Source: a virus (lineage: Duplodnaviria > Caudoviricetes). Taken from it: a stretch of DNA of 54,934 bases. The DNA lies in IMG/VR virus record IMGVR_UViG_3300029263_001128, positions 1 through 54,934 of that record; one strand, written 5' to 3'. Under the pieces are notes generated by a model. It saw only the letters and a list, made by a program, of their open reading frames with translations. It was not told the origin of the DNA and did no database searches. Made by a program: the position numbers and the translations under genes. Positions 46,116 through 54,934 of this stretch are shown one piece after another. Each line of letters opens with the position of its first letter. Position 1 is the first letter of the stretch.

Positions 46116-47936
46116 ATGTGTGGAATCTTCGGCTCAGTAGCCGATAAAGTAGAATACAAATCAATCAAGCGGGGTCTCAAGAATCTTGCTTATCGTGGTT
46201 ACGATTCCGCAGGTATTGCTGTTGCAACGACCCAAGGCGTCATAAACGAAAGAGTGGAAGGTCACCCCAAGTTCCTACCAGACCTTGATACATTTGGCAC
46301 AGTTGCAATCGGTCATAACCGCTGGGCGACCCACTCTCCCCCAACGAAAGAAAATTCACACCCCTACACATCAAACGACAACAAAATCAGTCTTGTTCAC
46401 AATGGAATCATTGAGAACTATGTCGAAATAAGAGCCTTTCTAGAACAGAAAGGTTTTACTTTTTATTCCCAGACAGACACTGAGGTGTTGCCTAACTTAA
46501 TTCAACACTATCTTTCTTTGGGCAAAGATCTACAGACAGCTATGCGTCACACTGCAAAGCTTGTTGAAGGTGCGTTTGGCGTAATCTTCATTCACGCGGA
46601 CCACCCAAATCAGATGAATTTGATGAAGCTTGGCTCTCCAATGTATGTTGGACGTGCCGACGACGCCGTCTATGTCTGCTCTGATTCCTATTCATTCCCA
46701 GAAGAGGTCAAAACCTTTTCTTCTATTGACGATAGTAAGATCCTAATTATCCGCAAGGACTCTGTAGATGTTCAAGACCTAAACGGCACCAAGTTAACCC
46801 TCATTTTTGAAGAAAAGGATGTCTCTGCTGACACCTATTGTCTTGGTAAACACAAACACTACATGCAGAAAGAGATTCACGAACAGTTTCAGTATGTAGT
46901 TTCGGCTCTAGCAGGGCGAATCAGGGACACAGAAATAAAGTTAGGTGGACTCCAAGACTGTATTGAAGACTTCGCTAGTAGTAGACAAGTGGTGTTCACA
47001 GGGTGTGGCTCAGCGCACAACGCAGCCCTTGTTGGCTCTCTTGCTATGGAGGAAGTTGGTCGATTGCTGTGTCGTCAAATGTCTGCTGGAGAACTAAAGT
47101 ACACAGATTTACTAATAGATGACAAGACTTGGCTTGTAACAGTGTCGCAATCAGGCGAAACAGCAGATGTGATTGGCTGCATTAAAAACATCAAAGCCAA
47201 AGGCGCCAAAGTCCTTGGTGTTGTAAACACTCCCAACTCAACTATCTACCAGATGACTGATTGTGGGATTCACATCCGGGCAGGCAAAGAAGTCTCTGTT
47301 GCCTCCACTAAAGCGGTCACAAACCAAATTCTAGCTCAACTACTTCTCGCCTACAAAATAGGTCTTGAAAACGGTTGCTCCTACAAAGACTACAAGAACT
47401 TTCTTTTGGAAGTCCAAAAGCTTCCTTATTTTATTAATAAGGTGATAGCACAAGAAGAAAAAATCAAGGGCATCTGCGGCACCTACAAGGACTCCAAGAC
47501 AGCATTTGTAGTGGGTCGCAATGTCTTAGAACACATCGCCAGAGAGATTGCGCTAAAAATCAAAGAAATTTCCTACATTCACGCCGAAGGTTATTCTGGC
47601 TCTGAACTCAAGCACGGTCCCCTGGCTCTCATAGACGACCAGATTCTCAACATCTGCCTCCTTGATAAGAACTTCTATCCAAAAAAGACTATTAGCAACA
47701 TTGAGGAGATTCGCGCGAGAGGAGGAAAAGTTATTCTTGTAACAAACTACACAAAACAAGAGATAGGTAATAAGATATACGATAGGCTGATTAGCGTGGA
47801 GACAGGGGAGAACAAATTTATTACTGCTATGGTGTTCAATGTTGTAGGACAACTTATGTCTTATTATTTCGCACTACATAACAATAGAAATGTTGACCTT
47901 CCAAGAAACCTAGCAAAAAGCGTAACCGTCGAATAA
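46116..47936 (+). CDS. glmS: glutamine-fructose-6-phosphate aminotransferase
   Basis: MCGIFG, YRGYDSAG, HNRWATH, HNGIIEN, SQSGETAD, VASTK, ELKHGP, PRNLAKSVTVE. Confidence 0.97.
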   Translation: MCGIFGSVADKVEYKSIKRGLKNLAYRGYDSAGIAVATTQGVINERVEGHPKFLPDLDTFGTVAIGHNRWATHSPPTKENSHPYTSNDNKISLVHNGIIENYVEIRAFLEQKGFTFYSQTDTEVLPNLIQHYLSLGKDLQTAMRHTAKLVEGAFGVIFIHADHPNQMNLMKLGSPMYVGRADDAVYVCSDSYSFPEEVKTFSSIDDSKILIIRKDSVDVQDLNGTKLTLIFEEKDVSADTYCLGKHKHYMQKEIHEQFQYVVSALAGRIRDTEIKLGGLQDCIEDFASSRQVVFTGCGSAHNAALVGSLAMEEVGRLLCRQMSAGELKYTDLLIDDKTWLVTVSQSGETADVIGCIKNIKAKGAKVLGVVNTPNSTIYQMTDCGIHIRAGKEVSVASTKAVTNQILAQLLLAYKIGLENGCSYKDYKNFLLEVQKLPYFINKVIAQEEKIKGICGTYKDSKTAFVVGRNVLEHIAREIALKIKEISYIHAEGYSGSELKHGPLALIDDQILNICLLDKNFYPKKTISNIEEIRARGGKVILVTNYTKQEIGNKIYDRLISVETGENKFITAMVFNVVGQLMSYYFALHNNRNVDLPRNLAKSVTVE

Positions 47937-47946
47937 GGAGACGAAA

Positions 47947-48165
47947 ATGAGCAATGGAACTTTCAAATTATCAAATCAGGCACTCGGTGCCGTGATGATG
48001 GCTCTTCAAGAGTCATTGCTAAATCAATTGGACATCGTTCCAATTCTAAAGGGTTTTAAACTACAAGAGACGACAGACGGACTGGTTGTAACAAACCCTC
48101 CAACTGTGAGGGTCACAAACGACCAAGAAGTCACTGAACAAGAATTAACGAAAATGGTAGAATAG
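47947..48165 (+). CDS. hypothetical protein
   Basis: AAGGAG RBS. Confidence 0.7.
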   Translation: MSNGTFKLSNQALGAVMMALQESLLNQLDIVPILKGFKLQETTDGLVVTNPPTVRVTNDQEVTEQELTKMVE

Positions 48166-48169
48166 TTTA

Positions 48170-48424
48170 GTGCCACGTTACCGCTACAAATGTGAGGGCT
48201 GCGAAAAAGAATTCGTAGCCCTCCATTCGTTCTCGGATGTTAGAGAGTCTTGCGACCTCTGTGGACACGAGGATGTTAAAAAATTGTTAGGCAAACCGAT
48301 AGTCCTGAATAAGAAAGTAAACGATTCTACGACCACTGGCGCCCTTACAAACGAATACATTGAAGCCAATAGAGAACTACTAAAAGATATGAAGGAGGAA
48401 GCAAGTAATGGACTTTATGAATAG
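48170..48424 (+). CDS. FmdB-family zinc-ribbon protein
   Basis: MPRYRYKCEGC...CDLCG. Confidence 0.8.
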   Translation: MPRYRYKCEGCEKEFVALHSFSDVRESCDLCGHEDVKKLLGKPIVLNKKVNDSTTTGALTNEYIEANRELLKDMKEEASNGLYE

Positions 48425-48743
48425 GTTGGAAGTGATCCTTTCTTTGATTCTGTTTATTTCTCTTGGAATCAATGTTCTATTGTTTTTGTATTCTCGCAAT
48501 GTCACTTCAAGACTTGCCAGGATCGCAGACGAGATAGGAGACCTCAGAGAAGAGGCTACTTCATTCGCGACACACGCTCGTTCTGTTTACGAGCTTGATA
48601 TGTTTTATGGAGATCAGACGCTACAATCCCTTATGGATCACGCAGTAGCCTTCCGAGACTACATGGGAGAATTTGACTACGTCTACTTATTAGACCAACA
48701 GGAACAAAATGACGAAGAAGACCAGAGCGAAGAAGAAGCCTAA
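48408..48743 (+). CDS. membrane-anchored hypothetical protein
   Basis: N-terminal TM, MFYGDQTL..L motif. Confidence 0.65.
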   Translation: MDFMNRLEVILSLILFISLGINVLLFLYSRNVTSRLARIADEIGDLREEATSFATHARSVYELDMFYGDQTLQSLMDHAVAFRDYMGEFDYVYLLDQQEQNDEEDQSEEEA

Positions 48744-49404
48744 TCACTACTTCACGAAAGATCACGAGAACGCAATAATAGAATATCGTTCTACTGAGTG
48801 TTCAAGAAAAAAGACTGAAATTTATGTGACAATGCTTCAACCGGCTTTTAGCGAGATGGTTGATAAGATTGTGTTTACTTATAAATTTACAACTCTTCCA
48901 AACATCGACTCTCTCAGGGACGAATGTAAAGTTTGGCTTATGACCATCTTAGATAAATTCCGCCCAGAAAAGGGCCATAAAGCCTTTTCTTATTATTCAG
49001 TTATAACAAAGAATTGGTTCATCCACAAGGTTAAGAAGCAACAAAGGAAAAACCAACGAGAGATCGTTTTTGATAAAGTTCCGAAAGCCTACGAAGAGCG
49101 TTATTTATCAACAGATGAATCTTGGCTCACTGATAAACTACAAGAGGAGTTCTGGGCTTCGTTCTATGAATCGATGAAAGAGTGGGACACAGCAGAATTG
49201 AAGGGCAACGACGAGCGCGTCTACAAAGCGATTATGGTTCTATTTGAGAGCAAAGACGACATAGAAATTTTTAACAAGAAGGCTATTTATCTTTACCTTA
49301 GAGAGATTACAGGTCTCAATACAAAACAGGTAGTGAATTCTTTAAACAAGTTCCGAGTAATGTATCGTGGATTTAAACAAGAATGGGAGAATGGCCAGAT
49401 ATGA
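48709..49404 (+). CDS. phage sigma factor (T4 gp55-like, late transcription)
   Basis: NHYFT..AI..Y; KF.PEKG.KAFSYYSVITKNW region-2-like; C-terminal HTH-like; precedes tail genes. Confidence 0.7.
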   Translation: MTKKTRAKKKPNHYFTKDHENAIIEYRSTECSRKKTEIYVTMLQPAFSEMVDKIVFTYKFTTLPNIDSLRDECKVWLMTILDKFRPEKGHKAFSYYSVITKNWFIHKVKKQQRKNQREIVFDKVPKAYEERYLSTDESWLTDKLQEEFWASFYESMKEWDTAELKGNDERVYKAIMVLFESKDDIEIFNKKAIYLYLREITGLNTKQVVNSLNKFRVMYRGFKQEWENGQI

Positions 49405-49688
49405 ATGACGAGTTCGACGATTTGATGGACGAGGCAATAGAAAACATTCGCACTGACCGCAAGGCTGCGAAAGAATTCTTAAATGAGCTTGCTAATCAGA
49501 TCGCCCAAAATGCAGAGAATAACCGAGCACTCTCTCCTGTTGCTGCCAAACACATTGAAACTATGCAGCGCTCAAACGAGCAGTTGGTGAAGGTTCTCAC
49601 CCTCAAACAAAAGGAGAGAACCAAGGGAGATAGTTTGTCTGAAGAAGACAAATCCAACCTCTTTGATATGATTCAGGGAGAAGCATAG
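49401..49688 (+). CDS. helical hypothetical protein
   Basis: ATGA-coupled start MNDEF; QRSNEQLVK. Confidence 0.65.
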   Translation: MNDEFDDLMDEAIENIRTDRKAAKEFLNELANQIAQNAENNRALSPVAAKHIETMQRSNEQLVKVLTLKQKERTKGDSLSEEDKSNLFDMIQGEA

Positions 49689-50887
49689 TGGCCAAGAAGA
49701 CTTATCTTGACTTCTCACTCTTTGATGAAGTCGGCGATGCGATGGATCTCTTCGGGAATCTTATTCGCAACTCTTTTGAGTATGATTCGTTCGCTGGGAA
49801 AGATGAATTCCCCGCAATCGTATTGACACCACCAGTTCCGATGGATGTAAACCAGATTGATGCATTTTTGCCGAAAAGTGACGATGAGGAATCAGAGGAT
49901 AAAATTCCCAAGTTCACGTTTAAAGCAAGAATAGTTGGACCCAACTCGCCCCATCAGTTTTTACCCGATCCTTGTGATCAAAAGGTCTTGAAGGATTTAA
50001 GGCAACAACAAAAAGCTCAAGACATCCTTGACATGCACACGACCGTTATAGCGATAAGTGCAACAGAAAAACCAAGCCTTGGAGACGTTGTTACAATAAA
50101 GCTTGAAGGTGGCTCCTTTTCTTACAACTTGCAAACAGCTACGTTCGTTAGACTTGTTTCTTCCGAAGACGAGACTATAAAGAACCTTTTGGGATCACAA
50201 AAAAACGAGTGTAAAATTGGGCTAAGTAATCTTTTTGCTACTGGCTTTATCGGCCAATCAGTGGGTCCAGATTCAAGTAAAGTAAGGACTTCTTTTCCAA
50301 ATATTTGTAATTATGTTATTGATTATACCGACACTGCTGTCTCTGCGGGGATTCCCAAAGAAATAATGGCAGCATTTGTCGCTGTAGAAAGTAATGGGAA
50401 TAATTTAGCTGTTCGTTTTGAACCGCATCTATTTAATGGGAGTCAGGTAGAAACAAGAGGAGATGCAAACAGGACTATGCCATATACTCCAAATGGTTCT
50501 GGTTTTTCATCAGTGGCTTCCGAAACAAACAAGGCGGCATTTGAAGCAGCTTTCAGACTAAACAAGAAGAGAGCAATTGAAGCAACCTCGTTTGGATCCG
50601 TGCAAGTTTTAGGATCACATTTGCTGAGTTTATATAAAGGTGACCCAGATGAAGCCAAGGATGCCTTTTTTAATCAAAATTCGTCAGACTCAGCAATTTC
50701 TAAAAAGCTTGTGATTAGTTGGTTTAAAGAAAACAGCAAAGCAGTTATGGCTGCCAACAAGGGTGACTTTGCAGAATTAGCAAGGCTTTACAACGGAACC
50801 AGTTACGCTGAGAACGCTTATGATGTAAACATCAAGAATGCTTCCGACAAGGCTAAAAAATGTAATTCAGGAGCCACCAGTGCCTAA
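49688..50887 (+). CDS. baseplate/tail-associated protein with C-terminal N-acetylmuramidase (DUF3380-like)
   Basis: AFVAVESNG..RFEPHLF..AIEATSFGSVQVLG..FAELARLYNG..Y..N.YD. Confidence 0.8.
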   Translation: MAKKTYLDFSLFDEVGDAMDLFGNLIRNSFEYDSFAGKDEFPAIVLTPPVPMDVNQIDAFLPKSDDEESEDKIPKFTFKARIVGPNSPHQFLPDPCDQKVLKDLRQQQKAQDILDMHTTVIAISATEKPSLGDVVTIKLEGGSFSYNLQTATFVRLVSSEDETIKNLLGSQKNECKIGLSNLFATGFIGQSVGPDSSKVRTSFPNICNYVIDYTDTAVSAGIPKEIMAAFVAVESNGNNLAVRFEPHLFNGSQVETRGDANRTMPYTPNGSGFSSVASETNKAAFEAAFRLNKKRAIEATSFGSVQVLGSHLLSLYKGDPDEAKDAFFNQNSSDSAISKKLVISWFKENSKAVMAANKGDFAELARLYNGTSYAENAYDVNIKNASDKAKKCNSGATSA

Positions 50888-51905
50888 ATCAAAAAAAATA
50901 AAAATCTTTAATGATGAAAAGTTTAATAAAAACAAGAAAGACATCTTTAAGAGAGCACAGGAACTAAATGAATCCGTCTTAGGATTAGATGGCTCAAACC
51001 CCACAGCACAGCCTCTAAATAAAAGTGGTGTGTTTGGTGGCGACACTTATGAGCCAAAGGTAAAATACAACTTCTCTCCAGGTGATAAGGTAATCAATAA
51101 CGGCAATGCCTACATCACATTCGGCAAAGACCGCCCTTCTGGCAAAGCGTCAGGCTTTGGCGGACAAGGCGCAACAGGCGCGAATGCAATCGACATAGTA
51201 GTGGGTCGCCTCTCATCTGCTCCCAAGCCAGATGGGGCAATAGCAGATAACAGCTTTTCAGCAGACGCCGCGAGGGTCTACATAAGCCAACTTACCAACA
51301 TTGACTTCAACTTTGGCATCGATCCGGGCAAGTCTGGCTATATGGAGGGGCGCTCTGCGATCGGAATAAAAGCTGACGGCGTTCGTGTTATTGGTCGAGA
51401 GGGTGTCAAGATTGTCACAGGTCGCTCAAACAACGCCACAGGCTTCGCAATGAAAGGCGAGACTAACTCTCTCGGTGGAAAGATTTCACAACCTGCTCCG
51501 CTTATTGAATTAATAGCAGGAAACAACACAGAGCCGACTTTTGAAATTGGTGGTTTATTCAATGGCGGTACAAGAATAGACAAGATTCAGGGCGTCGCCA
51601 TGGGGCAGAACACCACCGAGGCATTAAGAGGATTATCAGACTTGATGACAGACATGTTGAGCTTGGTGAAGATAAAATCTAATGCTCAATTTGGATTCAA
51701 CACAGCATTAAGTTTAATAGCTTCGTTGCCTGCGCCTTTGGCTGGACCTGCTTGCGCTGCCGCATACGCTGTCTATAATGGCTCACACCTAAAGAGCAAC
51801 TACAACATGTACCAATTATTCATCGATAAAGCTATTTGGGATGTGAATTACCTACAGCCTTATGGCAAGCGCTACATCGAAAGCAGAAACGTCAAGACAA
51901 CCTAA
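50880..51905 (+). CDS. putative baseplate hub/spike-like protein
   Basis: GGAG RBS, GTG start; Gly-rich beta repeats (DAARVYISQ, IGIKADGVRVIGREGVKIVT); next to muramidase. Confidence 0.55.
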   Translation: MPKSKKIKIFNDEKFNKNKKDIFKRAQELNESVLGLDGSNPTAQPLNKSGVFGGDTYEPKVKYNFSPGDKVINNGNAYITFGKDRPSGKASGFGGQGATGANAIDIVVGRLSSAPKPDGAIADNSFSADAARVYISQLTNIDFNFGIDPGKSGYMEGRSAIGIKADGVRVIGREGVKIVTGRSNNATGFAMKGETNSLGGKISQPAPLIELIAGNNTEPTFEIGGLFNGGTRIDKIQGVAMGQNTTEALRGLSDLMTDMLSLVKIKSNAQFGFNTALSLIASLPAPLAGPACAAAYAVYNGSHLKSNYNMYQLFIDKAIWDVNYLQPYGKRYIESRNVKTT

Positions 51906-51925
51906 TTATTGGGATAGGAAAACTA

Positions 51926-54900
51926 ATGGCTCAATCAAAATTTTTAAAGCACCAAGACAAAAATGGTGACTTGCTTATAGACAAGTGCGAGGTAGAACTA
52001 CCGGGAACCGAAGAAAAGGTCTGTCTTGATTGTGTACCTAATCCAAACGCTGTTCTAACTGATTGGAAAGGCTTGGACATAGACACTCCGCGATTAAACG
52101 AGCGGACTTGTAACTATGAAGTAGCTGTCACAACAAGATTCTTAACTACTGGTGGGCAGGATGCTTTAAGCCCAGAGGACGCGGGCACCGCTTTAGACGA
52201 AAAGTTTGAAGATTACAGAGATGAGGCCATCAACTCTCTGCTGGATAACTACAGTAAAGATGACGGAATTTTATCATTTACCAAAATGAGAGAGGCGATT
52301 GTTTATAAAGATTGGGATCTAGAGGCAAGACCGCTTTCAAGACTTAAGCTTCTTTATTCTGTCCCCTTTGATGTCTTAGAGAGCATAGAAGAGGCAGACG
52401 AAGACAATGAAGATGATGTAGAAAACGGCCCCATAAGCGTCTCCTTCTTGGCTTCAGAGCTTGTTCAGATGAACATAAGAGTAAGAAAGGGTTTAAACCT
52501 CTACTCTCGTTACGCCAAAGTTTCGCAAGTGCTTGACGATGAAACTCTAGTCTATGTTGATGACAACAGACCATTTGACCCAGGAGTCTATGGTGATCTT
52601 GGGTTCTCAAGAACTTCTCTTATGTCGCGTGTTGCTATAGAATTGGACCAGTTCTTGGTTGCTCGTGGTTACAACCTCCCCAGCGTCGGTGCTGGAATAT
52701 TTAAAGATAGGGTGGTCAAGCTAAAATTTAATTTTACAACCGAGAGAAAATTAAAGAAACTTTCCATTTTTACCGCTGGATGTCGGGAGAAACCTATTGT
52801 CTTTAAAGGACGTAAGATCTCTGCTCTCAATAGAAAAGAGTCATTCAAAGATAAGACAGCGATGGGTTACCTTGCGAATCTACGCAACATGGACACAGGC
52901 TTAACAGCTAGACAGCCAGATCCTTTTGTAAAGTTTTTAAAAGATTACACATACCCACAAATCGATGTAATTAACTCCACGGTCTTGGTGAACACCCAAG
53001 CTCAGCAAACTGCTACTTCCTGTGTGGGTGATGCGCTTGCCAATGAGGGCAAGCAGATAGGTCAGGACATTCTTGATGAAGTTTTGAACATTGCTGATGT
53101 TCTGGCTTACCAATTTCACAAGAACATTTGTAAGAGATCAGAAGAAGAGCGCAGAAAAGAAGCCGTCGCAATGGGCGAGAGCTTTGACCCAGATCTGCCC
53201 ATTGACAATTATTTGCCTGTTGGCAAAAACAATCCGCTTGCTATTATGGCGAAAAATCAAGCCTTCAGACAGCTTGAGACAAATGATAATGTTTTTGTAA
53301 GAATGTGCGGAGAGATGCTGCAAGGTAAAGAACTAGATCTCTCAATCGATGTTCGTAGCTTGTATAATGGTGTTTTCGATCCGATGAAGATTTGCGGACT
53401 TCTTGATTTCTTGCTTGAAGCACTTCAGTGTCTATTCAAGGGGCTTACGCTTGAACAGGCGCTAGCAAGAGCAATTCAGGCAGCGCTCAAAGCGATGTCG
53501 GTAGAAAACTTTGGTGTTCTATTCATTGGTCTTCCTCCCGAAAAGCAAGCAGAATTGGATGCACTTGTGAAACAGAAACTGGAATCAGGTAATCTCTTTG
53601 GAGAGCAAACCAATGCAGAGCTACTTTCAGATGCTACAGCACCATCCTCAACTCGCCCCGGCGCAGCAGGTTCCGGCGCTCCTTTGTTTGGAGAGATAAA
53701 TATAATCAAACCTTGGGAAGACCAAGGCTACATTGATCGCGAAAGAGAAAGAATGGTCCCAGGTCCTTACGAGGGAAGCACTCCGTCAAGCAGATCTGTT
53801 CAGCCACCCGGCGGCTCTGTAATTCGCAGGTCGCTTGGTAAGGACTACGACAACCCAGCAGCCTTAGCAGGACCCCAGACTCCCATAGCAGATGCCATTG
53901 CTTCCGTTCAAACAGAAGCTAAGCAAAAGCTGAGTCCAGATCAGATAATGGAGGCTTATTTACTAGCTATTGTCGAAACCTACACTGACAACTTGCTTGG
54001 TCTGGTCGATCTCCTTAACAAATTCCCTGGTGCAGAGATAATTTCTAAGGTGATAGCCCTATTCGACTGTCCCCGCCCACCGTTATTTACACCAAGCGTA
54101 ATGGATTTCTTAAAGGACATTGAGCTTCCTTTTTGTAGAAATATGAATGACATAACGCTCCCTATGATAAATAATCCTTTTGCTGTTCTGAATCTTGACG
54201 TTCTGAAGCTTCTGGCAGACGCTGCTAAGATAGCAATTCAACAGGCGATTGTGTCAGTCCTACTCAAGCTCATAATAAAAGTTTGTGAAATTATTGGCAG
54301 CGCAATTTGTAAAGCCATTGAAACAGCAGGCTCAATTGTCGCAGGACTACCAGAAATTCTTACAGGCAGAAACACTGTCAAAGACATTTTGCGGGAGTCC
54401 ATCTGCGGTCCTACAGCCGATGAAGGAGCATTAGACGACACCATTGTAGATATGTATTCTCTTCTCGGCGGCGCCGGCGCTGAGATGGCTAACAGAGAAC
54501 GAGTTCTGGCGCTCAACGAGGCAATCGCCTCATCAGTCACAAGAAGAGAGTTAATAGAGGCGTCTATGGGAGATCCGTCTGAATCCTTCTTGACTCTTGT
54601 AGATAGTCTAGTGGAATTTGAATTCCCCGAATTCCGTGGCGCATTCGCAAACAGAAGTGACATCGGTAATTTCTTTAGAAACTTCGGCAACCTGCTCCCA
54701 GCAGAGTTCCGAGATCAATCAGAACAATTTTTGGATTCTTTGGACGAAGACGATCAAATGCCAGCAAATCCAAGCCTTTGCGCCTCACCAGAGCAGATAG
54801 AAGAATTCTGCTCTTTGAGGTCTCAGATTCTTGATGGAAGAGCATCACCAGAACAAATAGCCCAACTATGCCGACCCGGTGAGGAGTTCGGTGACATTGC

Positions 54901-54934
54901 AGGCATTATCCAAAATGGAATTCCAAACACATTA
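51926..54934 (+). CDS. large putative virion structural protein (partial, >1000 aa, runs off window)
   Basis: ATG51926 MAQSKFLKHQDKNGD...; same frame reads open at the window end (...GIIQNGIPNTL); missing from ORF track because no stop. Confidence 0.8.
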   Translation, partial: MAQSKFLKHQDKNGDLLIDKCEVELPGTEEKVCLDCVPNPNAVLTDWKGLDIDTPRLNERTCNYEVAVTTRFLTTGGQDALSPEDAGTALDEKFEDYRDEAINSLLDNYSKDDGILSFTKMREAIVYKDWDLEARPLSRLKLLYSVPFDVLESIEEADEDNEDDVENGPISVSFLASELVQMNIRVRKGLNLYSRYAKVSQVLDDETLVYVDDNRPFDPGVYGDLGFSRTSLMSRVAIELDQFLVARGYNLPSVGAGIFKDRVVKLKFNFTTERKLKKLSIFTAGCREKPIVFKGRKISALNRKESFKDKTAMGYLANLRNMDTGLTARQPDPFVKFLKDYTYPQIDVINSTVLVNTQAQQTATSCVGDALANEGKQIGQDILDEVLNIADVLAYQFHKNICKRSEEERRKEAVAMGESFDPDLPIDNYLPVGKNNPLAIMAKNQAFRQLETNDNVFVRMCGEMLQGKELDLSIDVRSLYNGVFDPMKICGLLDFLLEALQCLFKGLTLEQALARAIQAALKAMSVENFGVLFIGLPPEKQAELDALVKQKLESGNLFGEQTNAELLSDATAPSSTRPGAAGSGAPLFGEINIIKPWEDQGYIDRERERMVPGPYEGSTPSSRSVQPPGGSVIRRSLGKDYDNPAALAGPQTPIADAIASVQTEAKQKLSPDQIMEAYLLAIVETYTDNLLGLVDLLNKFPGAEIISKVIALFDCPRPPLFTPSVMDFLKDIELPFCRNMNDITLPMINNPFAVLNLDVLKLLADAAKIAIQQAIVSVLLKLIIKVCEIIGSAICKAIETAGSIVAGLPEILTGRNTVKDILRESICGPTADEGALDDTIVDMYSLLGGAGAEMANRERVLALNEAIASSVTRRELIEASMGDPSESFLTLVDSLVEFEFPEFRGAFANRSDIGNFFRNFGNLLPAEFRDQSEQFLDSLDEDDQMPANPSLCASPEQIEEFCSLRSQILDGRASPEQIAQLCRPGEEFGDIAGIIQNGIPNTL

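Noticed and set aside
27544-47936. Bacterial O-antigen/capsule locus (cellular origin of the window)
   Set aside because: No flippase, polymerase, exporter or initiating transferase; flanked seamlessly by phage-type genes on the same strand.
52344-54800. Short ORFs listed in the last 3 kb
   Set aside because: All lie within the single long + strand frame starting at 51926 that runs off the window.

Overview
This 55 kb window is almost entirely + strand and densely coding. It is best read as part of a large, T4-like/jumbo tailed phage genome. Evidence: a gp55-like sigma factor, baseplate/muramidase genes, PIN-PhoH, three tRNAs, a Cas4-like nuclease, many small hypotheticals and no cellular housekeeping operons. 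Layout: (1) 1-1.5 kb, a GC-richer early-type region of short genes behind near-consensus sigma70 promoters, ending in a G/C-tract repeat element; (2) 1.8-18.5 kb, putative head/internal-protein and accessory genes; (3) 18.5-27.5 kb, tRNAs, candidate ncRNAs and auxiliary enzymes; (4) 27.5-48 kb, a ~20 kb glycan island (colitose/fucose, nonulosonic acid, several glycosyltransferases, carbamoyltransferase, B12 radical SAM, GlmS); (5) 48-55 kb, late sigma factor and tail/baseplate genes. The standout is a tandem array (3766-7183) of six unrelated enzyme/toxin-like domains. Each is fused to the same N-terminal leader MKLLLENWxxF[LI]xE, which is conserved at the DNA level and resembles the T4 capsid-targeting sequence. 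The array ends in an empty, leader-only cassette. It looks like a modular system for loading swappable effectors into the virion. All functional calls come from motif recognition by eye; no database searches were run.
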